A stretch of DNA of 64,000 nucleotides from Tubulanus polymorphus (Eukaryota; Animalia; Nemertea), in contig NC_134034.1 of the NCBI RefSeq assembly GCF_964204645.1, positions 9,374,962-9,438,961 of the forward strand, read 5' to 3'. Under the pieces are notes generated by a model that made no database searches, was not told where the DNA came from, and was given only the letters and a program-made list of their open reading frames with translations. Below are positions 62,066 to 64,000 of the stretch, piece by piece; position 1 is the first letter of the stretch, and each line of letters opens with the position of its first letter. The position numbers and the translations under genes were made by a program.

Positions 62066-63028
62066 GTAGGTGATTGGTGCCGCCGATTGTTAATGATACG
62101 CACGGTTTTTGGTAGATCTCCGTCGAGATATCGCTGAAAATGGCGGCTTTTTCAACTGTAGAAAATAAGGATTAGAGTCTAGAGGGTAGGGTTCAACGAG
62201 GTGGCCACTCACCCGAATAACCTGAACAAATTCTCAGGAGTTTGACAAATTTTACCAAAAACCTGGAAAACTTGTGGTATACTTGACCACGCGTTCTTTA
62301 TCAATACGTCATTCAATAAAAAATGAATGAATTGTAACATTTTGAATATAGAAATTTCTCTGATTCATTCAGTGAATTTTGTCGAGGCACATGGATATAT
62401 CAGGGAAATCTCAGGGGACTTGTAAATGAGTTGAATGAATGTGGCCACCCTGTTAAGGTTCTAGGAGGTTAGGGTAAGGTTTATTTCATGTTCCGGCAGT
62501 TGACCTTGATAGCTCAGTTTATGGTAAGAGCGCTGAATTGTAATTTTATCACTTGGAATTAGACTGGGATCTACCGAAAACCACAATATGTACACTTGAT
62601 AGAAACACCGTGGCGTTTCTTGTTGCATTTTGTACACATCAAACACCCCTACCCAAAACAGGACAATCCTGCCTTAATCATCCCTTCTAAATTCCTCCCT
62701 TACTTTCAGGACTAATTCTCCACACTGGTAATAATAACAGGGCTCATAGCAAGTCTCCTCATTGCTTTAAAGTCCTTACTTTTGAAAACAGTTAAATAAG
62801 GCCCTTAAAAGTGTTTACTTTTCGCAACAACTTTGCTAGATTAGGTAGAAAACTCTATCCATCGCATGAGTACAACGAAGCACCAAGAGCCAGTTCAATA
62901 GGTTTCAACCTCTTAACTGTTCATAATCGGAATGTGCTAATTTTCCTGATGTCTGCCCCAGTGAGGCTGCACTGCAACAATGAAATAACAATGAAAGATG
63001 GACTCATGAAATAGCTTGTTTAAAACGG

Positions 63029-63322
63029 TTAGCCCTTTCAGTGCTGGCTAATTAATCCCTATAGTGCTGAAGATAATTTGAAAATTCTGAAAAATTTCAC
63101 CCTAGTGTGTTGAATAACGGGAATAGCACTGTAGTGTGTCTACACCCTGGGGCGGTATATCATTAGTTACTAATATTTCACTATGTTTGACAGGTGCTGC
63201 CATTTTTCAAGAGAGATGATTAGTAATTACTAATTAAATCAATACACCACAGTGTGGTGTACTAGCAAAATCCATCACTGATTCGTACACCGCACTGCGG
63301 TGTAGACGCACTGAAAGGGTAA
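63029..63322. mobile_element. piggyBac-like MITE family member (relatives at ~15284..15579, ~31358..31654, ~35178..35308, ~44561..44692)
   Basis: ccctttcagtgc...gcactgaaagggt termini beside TTAA-like sites; shared core tacaccgcactgcggtgtag and gctgccatcttt. Confidence 0.6.
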
Positions 63323-64000
63323 AGGGGTGATTATACGGCCCTGGTCTCGCAGTTGAATAAAAAAGGTGAAAGTTATTCGATGAAACTGGACGAATAGGTG
63401 AAAAATTGTTTTCCCATTACGGAATTTTAATACTCATTCAACTGCGGAACTGGAGCAATGTTGCATCCAATTAATAACCTAGATTGAATCTTGATAGATT
63501 CTCTGCTCACTATGTGTCACTATCATGTTGCCACTATGAGTTATCTCATAGGTCCAGTTCTGCCATCATTGCCACTATGAGTTATCTCATAGGTCCAGTT
63601 CTGCCATCATTGCCACTATGAGTTATTTCATTGCTGATTGTTTTTATTGACTGTTAGATATTTTTATTCTTCAGACACAGTTCAATGATTAGCTGGCAAT
63701 GTGAACTTACTCGGCTTCAAGTTTTAATTGCTCATCAATGAATTTTGAACGATGGCAGACTATTTAATGGCTATAAGATAACTCATAGTTACTAGCAACT
63801 GGGTGCTACACTGTATTACCACAGTGACAGTGAACATGCTAATTACCTTGATTTATATCTTATCATTATTATTATTATTATTATTATTAGTCTTGTTCAT
63901 TTTCATGTTTTTTCTGTATGGAATTTCAGGACTCTTCATCAGTAGTTGGTTGTGGTTCCACTGCGGGAAGTGTTGTTAATACCGGTGTTGGACCTACTTC

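Noticed and set aside
62066-64000. Further RhoGAP exons (acceptor-like sites at ~62709, ~63674, ~63929)
   Set aside because: No convincing PH/GAP peptide or consistent donor could be assigned.

Overview
Intron-rich animal (invertebrate) genomic DNA; the species cannot be fixed from sequence alone. Genes reconstructed by hand from GT-AG exons, left to right: (1) a small secreted Cys-rich prepropeptide gene (+, 86..1363, first exon outside the window) whose mature exon is missed by the ORF track and whose 46-aa mature peptide has the Cys framework and hallmark motifs of sea-anemone Nav-channel neurotoxins (ATX-II type) - the standout finding; (2) a receptor tyrosine phosphatase (-, SP-EGF-F-type lectin-EGF-FN3-PTP D1-D2) with an intact ectodomain but no transmembrane exon (a LINE fragment sits there) and a nonsense codon plus frameshifts in the PTP domains; (3) CMPK2 (+); (4) COMMD3 (-), with a duplicated splice acceptor; (5) a C10orf67 homolog (-), head-to-head with (6) STK16 (+); (7) a ~9-11 kb tandem duplication (32811..41757 / 41758..52615) carrying the last two STK16 exons and a complete MAM-like/TM/PPxY receptor gene, whose two copies differ only by amino-acid-changing substitutions in the main ectodomain exon; (8) the 5' part of an ARHGAP12/27-type SH3-WW RhoGAP (+). 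Introns contain many MITEs, a solo LTR and minisatellites.
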